64,000 nucleotides of DNA from Minisyncoccota bacterium. Its GTDB lineage: Bacteria; Patescibacteriota; Minisyncoccia; Phycocordibacterales; PALSA-1337. This document shows positions 47,569 through 58,716 of this stretch, in pieces. Where the stretch lies: contig JBAZRG010000001.1 in NCBI GenBank assembly GCA_041663145.1, forward strand, positions 74,467-138,466. The letters are read 5' to 3'. Positions within the stretch are counted from its first letter, which is position 1, and each line of letters opens with the position of its first letter. Both the position numbers and the translations under genes were made by a program. The notes under the pieces are model-generated. The model was not told the DNA's origin. It did no database searches and was given only the letters and a program-made list of their open reading frames with translations.

Positions 47569-48291
47569 ATGTATAATTGTGGAATGGATACCACGAATGA
47601 ATTAAAGAATCTGTCCCATCACTCTTTTTGTTTGATTGGCGGAGATGCGATATGGGATGAACTTAGACTATTTCTCGATAAGGAACATAGTTTGAAGATG
47701 ATCGGCAATCCTGATTATTTTTACAGGCATTATGAGAGTTTGTCGATAGATGATGCTCGCGAGATAAAAACAGCACACTCTATGCGGCCGACTTCTATGC
47801 TAGGGAAGAAGGTTTTTGTTATAAAAATGAATGCCATAACAATCGAAGCCCAGAATGCTCTACTCAAATTACTTGAAGAACCGGCTGAATATGCCTATTT
47901 CTTCCTCATCATTCCCGGAGAACATTTATTGTTACCTACGGTAAAATCTAGACTCTCATTTATTCGATCGAAAATATCAAGAAGACAGGACGAAGGAGAC
48001 AACTCGACTGCTTCTGATACTTCATCATTGGAAATAAAAAACTTTGTGAAAGGAACATATGTCAAACGTCTGGATATCGTAAAAAAATTGTTAGATCAGA
48101 TCACCAAAGAAAAAAAGACCAAACAAGATGCTATAGATTTTCTAGATGGAGTGCAATCGTTCATTTACAATGAAAAAAATGATAAAAAACGAAACGAATC
48201 ATTGACGATCATAGAAAACGCAAGAAAATATATGAACGATCGATCTCCGTCAATCAAAATTCTACTCGAGTACGTTGCTGTCAATTTGTGA
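47569..48291 (+). CDS. holB: DNA polymerase III delta-prime-like clamp-loader subunit
   Basis: 'AQNALLKLLEEP' and 'TVKSRL' clamp-loader motifs with no Walker A. Overlaps/abuts mreB. Confidence 0.55.
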   Translation: MYNCGMDTTNELKNLSHHSFCLIGGDAIWDELRLFLDKEHSLKMIGNPDYFYRHYESLSIDDAREIKTAHSMRPTSMLGKKVFVIKMNAITIEAQNALLKLLEEPAEYAYFFLIIPGEHLLLPTVKSRLSFIRSKISRRQDEGDNSTASDTSSLEIKNFVKGTYVKRLDIVKKLLDQITKEKKTKQDAIDFLDGVQSFIYNEKNDKKRNESLTIIENARKYMNDRSPSIKILLEYVAVNL

Positions 48292-48350
48292 TATAATCGA
48301 CAGTAATAGAGTATTAGTGGCCGGATTCTTATTCATCTAAATATAAAAAT

Positions 48351-48902
48351 ATGGCATACGATTTCAATCCGCTAAAAAAACAATTATCCGGTGTCGATGA
48401 ATGGCTGAAAAAGGAATTTTCGACTATTAGAACCGGTATGGCTTCTCCACAGATCTTGGACGGTGTTCGAGTAGAGATTTATGGTGCCCCAATGTCTATA
48501 AAAGAGCTCGGCAGTGTCATGATCGAAGGTGCTCGAACTCTTCGAGTTACACCTTGGGACAAAAGTCAGGTGAAAAGTATTGAAAAAGCTATCACAGTCG
48601 CCAATCTCGGAGTTTCCGTAATCGTTGATGATCAGGGACTTCGAGTGATTTTCCCAGAACTGACCGAGGATAGACGAAAAGATATCGTAAAGGTTGCCAA
48701 GGAAAAAGTTGAAGAAGGTAAAAAACAGATTCGCCAACATCGTGAAGCTGTGATCAGAGATCTAGATAGTCAGGAAAAAACCGGTGGCATGGGTAAGGAT
48801 GATGTCTTTCGTTTGAAACATGAAACTCAAAAAATCGTTGATGAGGCCGTCAAAAAAACCGATGAAACATTTACTAGAAAGGAAAAAGAAATACTCGGTT
48901 AA
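48351..48902 (+). CDS. frr: Ribosome recycling factor
   Basis: 'LKKEFSTIRTGMASPQILDGVRVEIYG' and 'TEDRRKDIVK' are typical of Frr. 183 aa. Confidence 0.9.
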   Translation: MAYDFNPLKKQLSGVDEWLKKEFSTIRTGMASPQILDGVRVEIYGAPMSIKELGSVMIEGARTLRVTPWDKSQVKSIEKAITVANLGVSVIVDDQGLRVIFPELTEDRRKDIVKVAKEKVEEGKKQIRQHREAVIRDLDSQEKTGGMGKDDVFRLKHETQKIVDEAVKKTDETFTRKEKEILG

Positions 48903-48911
48903 TATAAATAA

Positions 48912-50021
48912 ATGATAACAGTTGTAATATTCCTTGCTGTCCTCGCAATACTTATATTTGTTCATGAATTGGGCCATTTTCTATTGGCTAGGATGAACGG
49001 TATCAGGGTAGATGCATTCAAGATCGGCTTTGGTCCGAGAATACTTTCCTGGGTGCGAGGAGAAACAGAATACGGTCTAAATCTCATACCATTTGGTGGA
49101 TATGTGAAGATTCATGGAGAGGATCCGGATGAGGAGTCGCTGACTGGTGTGGATAAAGAACGCAGTTTTGCAAATAAAAATCGCTTGCGTCAGGCGACGG
49201 TACTCGTTGCTGGAGTTTTCTTTAATTTTATTTTTGCTTGTCTACTGTACATCATCATATTCGCTTCAGGTGTGACTGTTGCTGGTGACGTATTCCCAAA
49301 TTATGCTGAGCATCAATATGACCCCAGAGTACTCATCACTCACATAGAACCAGGATCACCAGCTGAAGATTCAGGTCTTATAGTAGGCGATACTATTGTA
49401 GGTGTTGGAAATCTAAATAAAGAGCCAGCCGAAAATATTTCAAAAATAGAAACTATTCAAAATAATATAAATGACAGTGCTGGTAAAGATACACAATTTA
49501 CATATAGTCGTAATGGACAGGATTATTCCGTAAATGTGATACCGATAAACAGTATAGTCGAAGGAAAATACGCAATCGGCATCACCATGAGTGATGTTGT
49601 AGATATGCGATTGCCGATATTATCGTCTATTTATGAAGGATTCCGTTATACCGGTATTATGATTTGGCAGACAACTGTCGGACTCATTTCATTTTTCGCT
49701 GACATATTCCGTGGACAAGCCGACTTTGCAACTGTCACAGGTCCTATAGGTATTGCAGGCATCGTTGGCGATGCCGCTTCGATGGGAATCATAGAGCTTC
49801 TAATGATCACGGCTATCATCTCCATAAATCTCGGTGTGATAAATCTATTGCCATTTCCGGCATTGGATGGTGGGAGACTACTATTTGTCATTATCGAAGG
49901 TGTCATACGCCGACGAATACCATCTAAGTTCACAAATATCGTAAACACGGTTGGCTTTGTACTCCTTATGATACTTATGCTCATAGTTACTTATAAGGAT
50001 ATATTCAAATTGTTGAAATAG
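48912..50021 (+). CDS. rseP: RIP metalloprotease RseP (site-2 protease, with PDZ)
   Basis: HExxH 'FVHELGHFLLAR', a PDZ region, 'NLLPFPALDGGRLLF' (LDG motif), and TM helices. Confidence 0.85.
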   Translation: MITVVIFLAVLAILIFVHELGHFLLARMNGIRVDAFKIGFGPRILSWVRGETEYGLNLIPFGGYVKIHGEDPDEESLTGVDKERSFANKNRLRQATVLVAGVFFNFIFACLLYIIIFASGVTVAGDVFPNYAEHQYDPRVLITHIEPGSPAEDSGLIVGDTIVGVGNLNKEPAENISKIETIQNNINDSAGKDTQFTYSRNGQDYSVNVIPINSIVEGKYAIGITMSDVVDMRLPILSSIYEGFRYTGIMIWQTTVGLISFFADIFRGQADFATVTGPIGIAGIVGDAASMGIIELLMITAIISINLGVINLLPFPALDGGRLLFVIIEGVIRRRIPSKFTNIVNTVGFVLLMILMLIVTYKDIFKLLK

Positions 50022-50071
50022 TGAGAAGACCAGGCATTGATTAAGAGGGTGTTTATCGGTAATATATTGTC

Positions 50072-51310
50072 ATGAAGCAAACAGAATTATTCACAAAAAC
50101 TCGCCGGGAAGCACCGAGCGATGAAGTTGCCAAGAATGCGCAATTGTTGATCCGAGCCGGTTTTATCCACAAGGAGATGGCTGGTGTGTATTCTTATTTA
50201 CCTCTAGGTTTACGTACGTTAAATAAGATCATCGGCATTATACGTGAAGAGATGAATGCTATCGGAGGACAAGAAGTTCACCTATCCGCTCTTCAAGACA
50301 AAAAATCATGGGATGCCTCGGGCAGATGGGATGATTCTGTCATCGATATTTGGTTCAAGACAAAACTCCGAAATGGCAGTGAGGTTGGTCTGAGTTTTAC
50401 TCATGAAGAACCTCTAACAGCTCTTATGCGAGATCATATAAGTTCATTTAGAGATTTACCGCGAGCCGTATATCAATTTCAAACAAAATTTCGAAATGAA
50501 GAACGAGCCAAGTCCGGCATACTTCGCGGTCGGGAGTTTTTGATGAAGGATTTGTATTCATTCAATGTCGATGAAGAAAGTCATCAGAAGTTTTATGAAA
50601 AAGCCAAACAGGCTTATATACGCATATTCGACAGAGTCGGTCTCGGCAATGAAACATATCCAACTTTTGCAAGTGGTGGATCGTTCTCAAAATATTCACA
50701 TGAATTTCAAACTCTGACTGGTGCGGGAGAAGATACTATATTTGTAGATGAAAAAAAGAAGATCGCGGTCAATAAAGAAGTGATGAATGATCAAGTTCTA
50801 GCCGATCTGGGTATTTCTAGAGAAGATCTTGTCGAAAAGAAAGCTGTTGAAGTCGGTAATATATTTAGTCTGGGAACTAAATTTTCCGAACCATTGCATC
50901 TGACATACAAAGACGCATCCGGTGTTGTCGTACCGGTAGTTATGGGTAGCTATGGTATCGGACCGGGCAGAGTGATGGGTACGATCGCCGAGATCAAAGC
51001 TGATGAGCGAGGTCTAGTCTGGCCGGAATCAGTTGCTCCATTTGCGATTCATCTTGTGGCATTGTTTGGCGACAATGAAGAGGTTCGAAATACGGCAAAT
51101 AAACTCTACGAATCTCTGATCGCCAAAGGGAAGGACGTTCTCTATGATGACAGGGAAACCAGTGCCGGTGATAAGTTTGGCGATTCGGACCTGATCGGAA
51201 TACCAACTCGCTATGTTATCAGTGCAAAAACTTTAAAAAATGCTGAGATCGAAGTCAAAGATAGGTTGACTGGCAATGTGACGATGAATCCTATTTCGGA
51301 GGTTATGTAA
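50072..51310 (+). CDS. proS: Prolyl-tRNA synthetase (short form without the editing insertion)
   Basis: 'YSYLPLGLRTLNKI', class II motif 2 'FRNEERAKSGILRGREF', motif 3 'GSYGIGPGRVMG', and a C-terminal anticodon-binding domain. Confidence 0.85.
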   Translation: MKQTELFTKTRREAPSDEVAKNAQLLIRAGFIHKEMAGVYSYLPLGLRTLNKIIGIIREEMNAIGGQEVHLSALQDKKSWDASGRWDDSVIDIWFKTKLRNGSEVGLSFTHEEPLTALMRDHISSFRDLPRAVYQFQTKFRNEERAKSGILRGREFLMKDLYSFNVDEESHQKFYEKAKQAYIRIFDRVGLGNETYPTFASGGSFSKYSHEFQTLTGAGEDTIFVDEKKKIAVNKEVMNDQVLADLGISREDLVEKKAVEVGNIFSLGTKFSEPLHLTYKDASGVVVPVVMGSYGIGPGRVMGTIAEIKADERGLVWPESVAPFAIHLVALFGDNEEVRNTANKLYESLIAKGKDVLYDDRETSAGDKFGDSDLIGIPTRYVISAKTLKNAEIEVKDRLTGNVTMNPISEVM

Positions 51311-51397
51311 TAATTTCTAATTAATATTCGTGGATGCTTAAGTGGCGCAATTGATTGTTGAACTCTGGAACTACCATGTTGACTGTTTGACAAAGTC

Positions 51398-52510
51398 ATG
51401 ATAGTACAGTTATGGTCATTAGCTCTTCGAAATAACTCGACAGAGCCGATCTATAATACAGAAAGGTTAGTCGTCATGAAGATAACAAGTAAGACAAGAC
51501 GGATACTGGCCCCCCTGTCAATTCACAGGAGTCAGTTAATGAACAAATGTGCCACTCCGGCGAAGATGAACATTGGTGGTGGATGGTCAGGTGATCCAAA
51601 CACACCAATAATATCGCACGCCGACTTCGTTGCTGACGCAGTATTGCCAGCACTTGAAGCGGCCTGTACACGTTTTGGTCAGGAACAAGTCGCGGCTGAA
51701 ATTGTAGATGTGACACTTCCTATATACGAACGGGAAGTGCTATATGTACATGGCAAGGCCGAGATGCCGAGCGGTGAAGCTGCCGCCTTTCTGTCATGTA
51801 CATTGCGTGGTGGAGACGAACGGGGAAACATATCAGCGAATGTTGTAAATCCCTTGCTTGCAAAGAAATACGGCATCAAGCGTGTTTTTGGACCGATCTC
51901 AGAGTTAGGGATTGTCCATCAAACAACAAGGGTCTTTGAACCGGCAAAGTTTTTCCATCACCACGCCTGTAGAATGGGTGAAGTGGTCGATAACTTCAGT
52001 GAAGCTGACTATCTCGCCTACATTAAAGTGTGCGAGAATCTTCTCAAGCACGGCGTTTACGACTGGAGCATTGAAAATAATCCCGAGCAATGGGGAATGC
52101 TTCGTCCATCGATTCGACTTTACGGCATGTCGGCCGTACTTACACCAATTGCACAGGCGATGATCGATATCGCTCATCTACCTGGCACAAAGGAAGTGAA
52201 GTATCAATACTCCATGATGTGTTTGACGATTTATGGTCTGTACCCGATCATGATGCCTAGGGTTCGAAAAAACGGCGTCGATGAGATCAGCAAAATGCTC
52301 CAACCCATTACCGATTTCGTCCTGGGGTTGTCAAAAGAAGGTGTATTCATGGATAAGGACAGAAATAACTTTTACGAAGAACGCCAGTTCTTCAGATCGC
52401 TCGGGAACGATTACATCGACGACATCAGAGAGAAGGGTATTCAACAGGCTCTCAAAGAGTTACGATGTTATTGGCTCAAACGGTTGACAAAAAATAAGAA
52501 CAAGTCGTAG
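51398..52510 (+). CDS. Hypothetical protein (GC-rich relative to neighbours)
   Basis: A 370-aa ORF with no motif recognised. Terminator hairpin CGGTTACCAATAATGGTAACCG plus T-run at 52541-52572. The likely start is an internal Met. Confidence 0.4.
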   Translation: MIVQLWSLALRNNSTEPIYNTERLVVMKITSKTRRILAPLSIHRSQLMNKCATPAKMNIGGGWSGDPNTPIISHADFVADAVLPALEAACTRFGQEQVAAEIVDVTLPIYEREVLYVHGKAEMPSGEAAAFLSCTLRGGDERGNISANVVNPLLAKKYGIKRVFGPISELGIVHQTTRVFEPAKFFHHHACRMGEVVDNFSEADYLAYIKVCENLLKHGVYDWSIENNPEQWGMLRPSIRLYGMSAVLTPIAQAMIDIAHLPGTKEVKYQYSMMCLTIYGLYPIMMPRVRKNGVDEISKMLQPITDFVLGLSKEGVFMDKDRNNFYEERQFFRSLGNDYIDDIREKGIQQALKELRCYWLKRLTKNKNKS

Positions 52511-52653
52511 GCTTTGCAACAGTTCAGTATCGTTTCAAACACGGTTACCAATAATGGTAACCGCGTTTTTATTCTGTGTCGACCGTTTTATTTTGGTGAA
52601 AAATTACAATGCATACATTGACTGAATCTTCGTTTTCGTAGTACAATACCGCC

Positions 52654-55332
52654 ATGCCTCCACTTCAGAAACTAACTACAAAAGCTAGAGAAGCCTTGCG
52701 CAGAGCCCATGAATTGGCTATTGAACGCGGACAAAATCACGTAAATCCGGTGCATTTATTGTGCGCCCTTATTTTGCAAGAAGAGAGTATGGTTGCTTCT
52801 ATTCTAGATCGAATGGAAGTCGACACTCCGATGCTCACAGATGTCGTATTGGAGCATATCGAAGCTCCTGAAGGCTCTAACGTCCTTTCACCATCGTATC
52901 AGATATACCTCACACCTGACCTTGCCCAGATTCTCGATAATTCAGTAAAAGTAGCGGCAAGTCTCAAAGATGAATTTATTTCTACAGAACATTTATTCTT
53001 GTCCATTTTTGATATACCATGCATGGCTCGTGATATTTTGGCTCGATTTAAGATAGAGAAGGAAGCTGTGACAAAAATCATTACCGAATTGAAATCAAAT
53101 CCACCATCGAAAGACGCAGAACCAAAGAAGTTTAGGACTCTGCTCAAATACGCCAGATCTCTCACCAAACTTGCTCGTGAAAATAAGCTGGATCCGGTGA
53201 TAGGACGTGATGCAGAAATCATGCGCATCATCCAGATTCTTTCCAGACGCACAAAAAACAATCCGATTCTGATCGGTGAAGCCGGTGTCGGTAAAACGGC
53301 GATCGTCGAAGGTTTGGCTTTGCGAATGGCTCAAGGCGATATTCCGGAATCGTTACGCGACAAAGAACTAGTCTCACTTGATCTAGGTTCGCTTATTGCT
53401 GGTACGAAATATCGTGGTGAATTTGAGGAAAGACTGAAAAATATTTTGAAAGAAGTAGAACGTTCTGATGGCAAAATCATTCTATTCGTTGATGAGATAC
53501 ACACTCTAGTTGGAGCCGGAGCATCGGAAGGATCAATGGACGCCTCGAATATGCTCAAACCTGCCTTGGCCAGAGGTGAACTCCGAGCCATAGGAGCAAC
53601 AACCATAAAGGAGTATCAAAAATACATCGAAAAAGATCCGGCTTTGACACGAAGGTTCCAACCGGTGTTTGTGAATGAACCTTCTCAAGATGACGCTGTT
53701 TCCATTTTACGTGGACTGAAAGAAAAATATGAACTATTTCATGGTGTGCGAATCACTGACGATGCGATCATGGCCGCGGTCAATCTTTCCAGTCGTTACA
53801 TAGCGGACAGATTCCTGCCTGACAAAGTCGTCGATCTCATAGATGAAGCTTCGTCTTCGTTGCGCATTTCACTTGAAAATATGCCTCCGGAACTCGAGGA
53901 GACGAGGAGAAAGATCATGCGACTAGAGATCGAACGTGAGGCTCTCAAAAAAGAGACTGATAAAGTTGCAAAACAACGTCTGAGTAAGATCGAAGAAGAA
54001 ATAGCAAATCTCAAAGAAGGTACTTCCGAACTCGAACTCAAATGGAAAAATGAAAAAGAAACCATTGCCGATATCAAACGTCTAAAAACGGAGATCGAGG
54101 CATTGCGCATTGAAGGTGAAGGAGCCGAGGCGCGTGCTGATCTAGCAAAAGCCGCCGAGATTCGCTATGGCAAATTACCTCAAATCGAAAAAGAGCTGGA
54201 ACAGAAAAATCGCCGACTAAAGAAACTGCAATCTTCTAGGCGCATCTTGAAGGAAGAGATCAATTCTGAAGACATAGCAGGTGTTGTATCGCGCTGGACA
54301 GGTATACCAGTCTCGCGCATGTTGGAGTCTGAAGCAAAGAAATTGACTCGCATGGAAGAAGAATTGGAAAAGAGAATAGTTGGTCAAAGTGAAGCAGTAA
54401 AGAAGATTTCGGATACGATCAGGAGATCGAGAGCCGGCGTAGCTGATCCAAATCGTCCGATCGGTTCATTCATCTTTCTTGGACCTACTGGTGTCGGAAA
54501 AACCGAGCTCACCAAGGCTTTGGCTGAATTCCTATTCAACGACGAACGATCTCTCATACGAGTCGATATGTCGGAGTTCATGGAAAAACATTCTGTATCA
54601 AAACTTATTGGCGCGCCTCCTGGCTATGTCGGTTACGACGAATCTGGAGGTCTTACAGAATCCGTAAGACATCGACCGTACTCCGTAATACTTTTTGATG
54701 AAATCGAAAAGGCGCATCCAGAAGTATTCAACGTGCTTTTACAAGTTCTGGACAATGGCCGACTCACGGATTCGAAGGGGCGTGTGGTAAATTTCAGAAA
54801 TACAGTCATAATCATGACATCGAATATCGGTGCTCAACATATCGAACGAATGGAGAAATTTGGTTTCTCCCGCAATAGCGACGATCATGACCGAGAGAAC
54901 TATGTCGAAGCCAAAAATAAGATCAATAACACGCTTAAGGACTACTTCCGTCCGGAATTTTTGAATCGCCTCGACGACATCATCATCTTTGATATTTTGT
55001 CCGAAGAGGCAATAAGAAAGATTGTTGATATTCAGGTTACTCAAGTCACGAAGCGTCTCTCCGATAAACAGATCGAACTTTCTCTCATGCCGGCTGTTTA
55101 CGAATATCTAAGCAAACAAGGTTACAATCCACAGTATGGAGCACGTCCACTCAAACGCTTGATACAAAATATGATTCTAAATCCTGTAGCTAATATGCTC
55201 ATCGGTCAAGAAGTGGCTAAAGGCGGACAGATCGTAGTCGATTATCGAAATGAAAAATTCACTTTTGAGGTTCGCAAGAAGAAGCGCGGTGAGAGTCCTA
55301 TTATTGTCCGCGACATAATGATGCAGAAGTAG
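52654..55332 (+). CDS. clpB: ATP-dependent chaperone ClpB
   Basis: Two AAA+ modules ('[15 protein letters not shown]' and '[15 protein letters not shown]'), a long middle coiled coil, and a Clp N-domain. 892 aa. Confidence 0.95.
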   Translation: MPPLQKLTTKAREALRRAHELAIERGQNHVNPVHLLCALILQEESMVASILDRMEVDTPMLTDVVLEHIEAPEGSNVLSPSYQIYLTPDLAQILDNSVKVAASLKDEFISTEHLFLSIFDIPCMARDILARFKIEKEAVTKIITELKSNPPSKDAEPKKFRTLLKYARSLTKLARENKLDPVIGRDAEIMRIIQILSRRTKNNPILIGEAGVGKTAIVEGLALRMAQGDIPESLRDKELVSLDLGSLIAGTKYRGEFEERLKNILKEVERSDGKIILFVDEIHTLVGAGASEGSMDASNMLKPALARGELRAIGATTIKEYQKYIEKDPALTRRFQPVFVNEPSQDDAVSILRGLKEKYELFHGVRITDDAIMAAVNLSSRYIADRFLPDKVVDLIDEASSSLRISLENMPPELEETRRKIMRLEIEREALKKETDKVAKQRLSKIEEEIANLKEGTSELELKWKNEKETIADIKRLKTEIEALRIEGEGAEARADLAKAAEIRYGKLPQIEKELEQKNRRLKKLQSSRRILKEEINSEDIAGVVSRWTGIPVSRMLESEAKKLTRMEEELEKRIVGQSEAVKKISDTIRRSRAGVADPNRPIGSFIFLGPTGVGKTELTKALAEFLFNDERSLIRVDMSEFMEKHSVSKLIGAPPGYVGYDESGGLTESVRHRPYSVILFDEIEKAHPEVFNVLLQVLDNGRLTDSKGRVVNFRNTVIIMTSNIGAQHIERMEKFGFSRNSDDHDRENYVEAKNKINNTLKDYFRPEFLNRLDDIIIFDILSEEAIRKIVDIQVTQVTKRLSDKQIELSLMPAVYEYLSKQGYNPQYGARPLKRLIQNMILNPVANMLIGQEVAKGGQIVVDYRNEKFTFEVRKKKRGESPIIVRDIMMQK

Positions 55333-55354
55333 TCTAAGGAATTCATCTTTAGTG

Positions 55355-55536
55355 CACGTGACCCCCAACATAATGTTCCCGCCACAATCCTGCCCAGTAG
55401 GCGATCGTGCTCGATCGCGTAATCGCTTCTCAAATTACAACCGTGTTTGGTTCCAAGGCTTCACCAAACACGGGTAATTTATCGAAGCTCAATCGCATAC
55501 TCGGATTGTTCTGGGAACATTATGTTGGGGGTCACG
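55355..55536. repeat. MITE-like element, copy 2 (26-bp perfect TIR CACGTGACCCCCAACATAATGTTCCC)
   Basis: Same core as 42855-43004, about 90% identical, with a roughly 30-bp internal insertion (CCAGTAGGCGATCGTGCTCGATCGC). Confidence 0.85.
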
Positions 55537-55555
55537 TGTAGCACGAAAAGAGCGT

Positions 55556-55715
55556 GATTTACACAGACAAGACCTAACATCTGTCTTTTTCTTCCGAGAA
55601 TAATCTGCGAAACAATATACCAATACATTTTCCAAAGGACTCGCGAATCCTTGTAGCGAGTCCTTTGTGAAAATGTTGGTATATTGTGAGCAGAGTTCGA
55701 GGATGAAAAAGACAG
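55556..55715. repeat. Second nested palindromic element (28-bp IR ACAGACAAGACCTAACATCTGTCTTTTT), containing a 12-bp-stem hairpin
   Basis: IR arms at 55556-55585 and 55685-55715. Inner hairpin CAAAGGACTCGC...GCGAGTCCTTTG. A 40-bp block inside ('CTTTTTCTTCCGAGAATA.T.TGCGAA.CAATAT.CCA.TA') is repeated at 8047-8090. Confidence 0.8.
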
Positions 55716-55725
55716 ATGTTAGGTC

Positions 55726-58446
55726 TTGTCTGTAAATTTACTTGTCGAATTAGTAAAATTGTGCTACTATCCGCCCACTATGTCCGGACAAAAGCGTCAT
55801 CAAATAGAGGTTAAAGAGAACTCTCGTATAGGTCACGACAAAATCGTGGTCAAGGGAGCGCGTACCCACAATCTCCGAAATATCACAGTAGAGATGCCTA
55901 GAAATGCAATGATTGCAGTTACCGGACTCTCTGGTTCCGGAAAATCATCATTGGCATTCGATACCATATTTGCTGAAGGACAGAGACGTTACGTCGAATC
56001 ACTTTCCGCATATGCTCGTCAATTTCTCCATAAGATGCAAAAGCCGGATGTCGATGAGATCATTGGACTGTCGCCGGCTATTTCCATCGATCAAAAATCG
56101 AGATCAAACAATCCTCGATCGACAGTAGCAACTATCACTGAGATATACGACTATATGCGCGTGCTTTTTGCTCGAGTCGGAAAACCACACTGTCTCGTAT
56201 GTGGTCGCGCCATACATCGCATATCGAAAGAAGAAATCCTGAATACTATTCTAAATACGGTAAATACAAAAACTGGTAAAGCAAAAAAAGTGTTCGGTGT
56301 GGAGATACGTCAAGCTAAAATTCAGATTTATGCGCCGATCGTAGTCGGTCGAAAGGGTGAATACTATCAGATGCTATACGATCTATTGGGTAAAGGTTAT
56401 GATCGTGTGCGAATCGATGGAGTTGGATACAGACTGCGCGACCGAATTATTCTAGAAAAGAATCACAAACATGATATAGATATTTTAGTCGATGAAATAT
56501 TCCTGTCAGAATTTGAGGGAGCCGGAAAAGAAAACGCCAAAGAAAGATTGTCAGAATCGTTGGAGCAGGCGATAAGAGAGGCTGACGGTCTGATCAAGAT
56601 AGAATATCCAAAATCAGCACAGTCAGATGGTGGAAATAGCAAATCCTCATCCACTGAAGTAGATGGAAAACTGATGTCGGTCAAATTCATGTGCCCGTAC
56701 GATGGATTTTCATATCCGGAAGTTGAACCTCGACTGTTTTCTTTCAATTCTCCGTACGGAGCATGTCCTGAATGTAATGGTCTAGGCACGGAAAGTATTT
56801 TTTCCGAAAAACCTTGTCCGAAATGCAAAGGCGCTCGTCTGCGCGAAGAAGCTCTCAAGGTTATGATAGACAACAAAAATATTGTGGACATAACAAATAT
56901 GTCCATAGAAAAAGCCATTGTTTATTTTAAGGATATCTCTCTTTCCGATACTGAAAAAGAGATTGCCAAAGTCGTACTAAAGGAAATTTCATCCAGACTG
57001 TCATTTATGGTAAACGTCGGTATCGAATATCTGACTCTGGATCGGAGAGCCCATACACTTTCTGGAGGTGAAGCACAGCGCATCAGACTGGCATCTCAGC
57101 TTGGTTCAGGCCTGGTTGGCGCTCTCTATGTACTCGATGAACCGACGATCGGTCTCCACCAAAGAGACAATGATCGATTGATCCAGACATTGCTTCGTCT
57201 CCGAGATCTGGGCAATACTATAATAGTAGTGGAACACGATGAAGATACGATGTTTTCATCCGACTATATCATCGACATTGGTCCTGGCGCCGGAGTGGCA
57301 GGCGGTCGAGTGGTAGTTTCTGGTTATCTAGATGAATTGCTCACAGCCAAAACAAATCCTTCCAAATCGCTGACTTTGGCATATTTGCGCGGCGAAGAAT
57401 CTATCCCAGTACCTGTAAGAAGACGTGAACCAAAAGGAAAGATATCTATTCGAAACGGAAATGTTTTCAACATCAAAGATATGAATGTCGACATTCCATT
57501 GTCATCGTTGAATGTTATCACGGGTGTTTCCGGATCTGGTAAATCGTCTCTGATGTATGAAATTCTGTATAGAAATCTTGAAGCTCGTTTTGAACGCAGA
57601 AATAGAAGTGATGAGACGATAAATTGTAAAAGTTTTACTGGATCGGAGTATGTTGGAAGAGTGATTCTCATCGATCAGTCGCCGATCGGTAGAACACCGC
57701 GTTCAAATCCCGCCACCTATACCGGTGCTTGGACGCATATCCGTGATCTATTCGCCGCCGAATCAGAATCGAGAGCTAGAGGGTGGGGTGCCGGCAGATT
57801 TTCATTCAATAGACCCGGTGGCCGATGTGAGGCCTGTGAAGGTAATGGGGAAATAGCTGTTGAAATGCATTTTTTGCCGACCGTCTATGTGACGTGTGAT
57901 GTCTGTGGCGGTACTAGATTTACAAAAGAAACTCTCGATATCAAATTCCGAGGAAAAAATATTCACGAAGTTTTGGAATTGACTATAGAAGAAGGACTAA
58001 GTTTCTTTGCGGATATTCCGGCTGTTGAAGATAGATTGAAGACCCTGATCGATGTGGGACTAGGATATGTTCGACTGGGTCAATCCGCAACGACACTTTC
58101 GGGTGGTGAAGCGCAACGTGTAAAGATATCATCCGAGCTCTACAGAGCGCATTTGCAAAAAACCATATATCTTCTGGACGAACCAACAGTTGGACTTCAT
58201 TATGAAGATGTTCGAAAATTGATCGATATCCTTCAACAGTTGGTGAATAAGGGTAATACTGTAGTTGTTATAGAACACAATCTGGACCTGATAAAAAATG
58301 CCGATTACGTTATCGATATCGGACCTGAAGGAGGCGATCGAGGTGGAAAGATCGTGGCAAAAGGCACGCCCGAAGATGTTGCAAAAAGCGAGCTTAGTTA
58401 CACTGGAAAATATTTGAAGAAGTCACTGAAGACAAAAAAGCCATAG
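55726..58446 (+). CDS. uvrA: Excinuclease ABC subunit A
   Basis: Two ABC modules ('[14 protein letters not shown]', '[13 protein letters not shown]'), Zn fingers ([10 protein letters not shown]; CEACEGNG), and signature 'LSGGEAQR' twice. The probable start is Met 'MSGQKRHQ' at about 55780. Confidence 0.95.
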   Translation: MSVNLLVELVKLCYYPPTMSGQKRHQIEVKENSRIGHDKIVVKGARTHNLRNITVEMPRNAMIAVTGLSGSGKSSLAFDTIFAEGQRRYVESLSAYARQFLHKMQKPDVDEIIGLSPAISIDQKSRSNNPRSTVATITEIYDYMRVLFARVGKPHCLVCGRAIHRISKEEILNTILNTVNTKTGKAKKVFGVEIRQAKIQIYAPIVVGRKGEYYQMLYDLLGKGYDRVRIDGVGYRLRDRIILEKNHKHDIDILVDEIFLSEFEGAGKENAKERLSESLEQAIREADGLIKIEYPKSAQSDGGNSKSSSTEVDGKLMSVKFMCPYDGFSYPEVEPRLFSFNSPYGACPECNGLGTESIFSEKPCPKCKGARLREEALKVMIDNKNIVDITNMSIEKAIVYFKDISLSDTEKEIAKVVLKEISSRLSFMVNVGIEYLTLDRRAHTLSGGEAQRIRLASQLGSGLVGALYVLDEPTIGLHQRDNDRLIQTLLRLRDLGNTIIVVEHDEDTMFSSDYIIDIGPGAGVAGGRVVVSGYLDELLTAKTNPSKSLTLAYLRGEESIPVPVRRREPKGKISIRNGNVFNIKDMNVDIPLSSLNVITGVSGSGKSSLMYEILYRNLEARFERRNRSDETINCKSFTGSEYVGRVILIDQSPIGRTPRSNPATYTGAWTHIRDLFAAESESRARGWGAGRFSFNRPGGRCEACEGNGEIAVEMHFLPTVYVTCDVCGGTRFTKETLDIKFRGKNIHEVLELTIEEGLSFFADIPAVEDRLKTLIDVGLGYVRLGQSATTLSGGEAQRVKISSELYRAHLQKTIYLLDEPTVGLHYEDVRKLIDILQQLVNKGNTVVVIEHNLDLIKNADYVIDIGPEGGDRGGKIVAKGTPEDVAKSELSYTGKYLKKSLKTKKP

Positions 58447-58716
58447 CGTAAGCTAAGGCATTGCAACTAGCAATAATAGGCCAAACTTGATCATAAGTGA
58501 CGAATTCTGTGAATGTAGCGTCGAGGCGGTCTAGTTAAAACAGTCAGAAGTTGAAATGTTCCAAGTATTAGGCAGCCTATTATGGTTACTATGAATGTGG
58601 CAATAAGTAGGAATGGGCCGACAAATTCTTTGTTCTTTAGCCTAGAATTACATTGTTCCAAAATAACATATTCGTTCATATTTCCTTGTATGTTGGCAGT
58701 TTGAATCGAAAGATCA

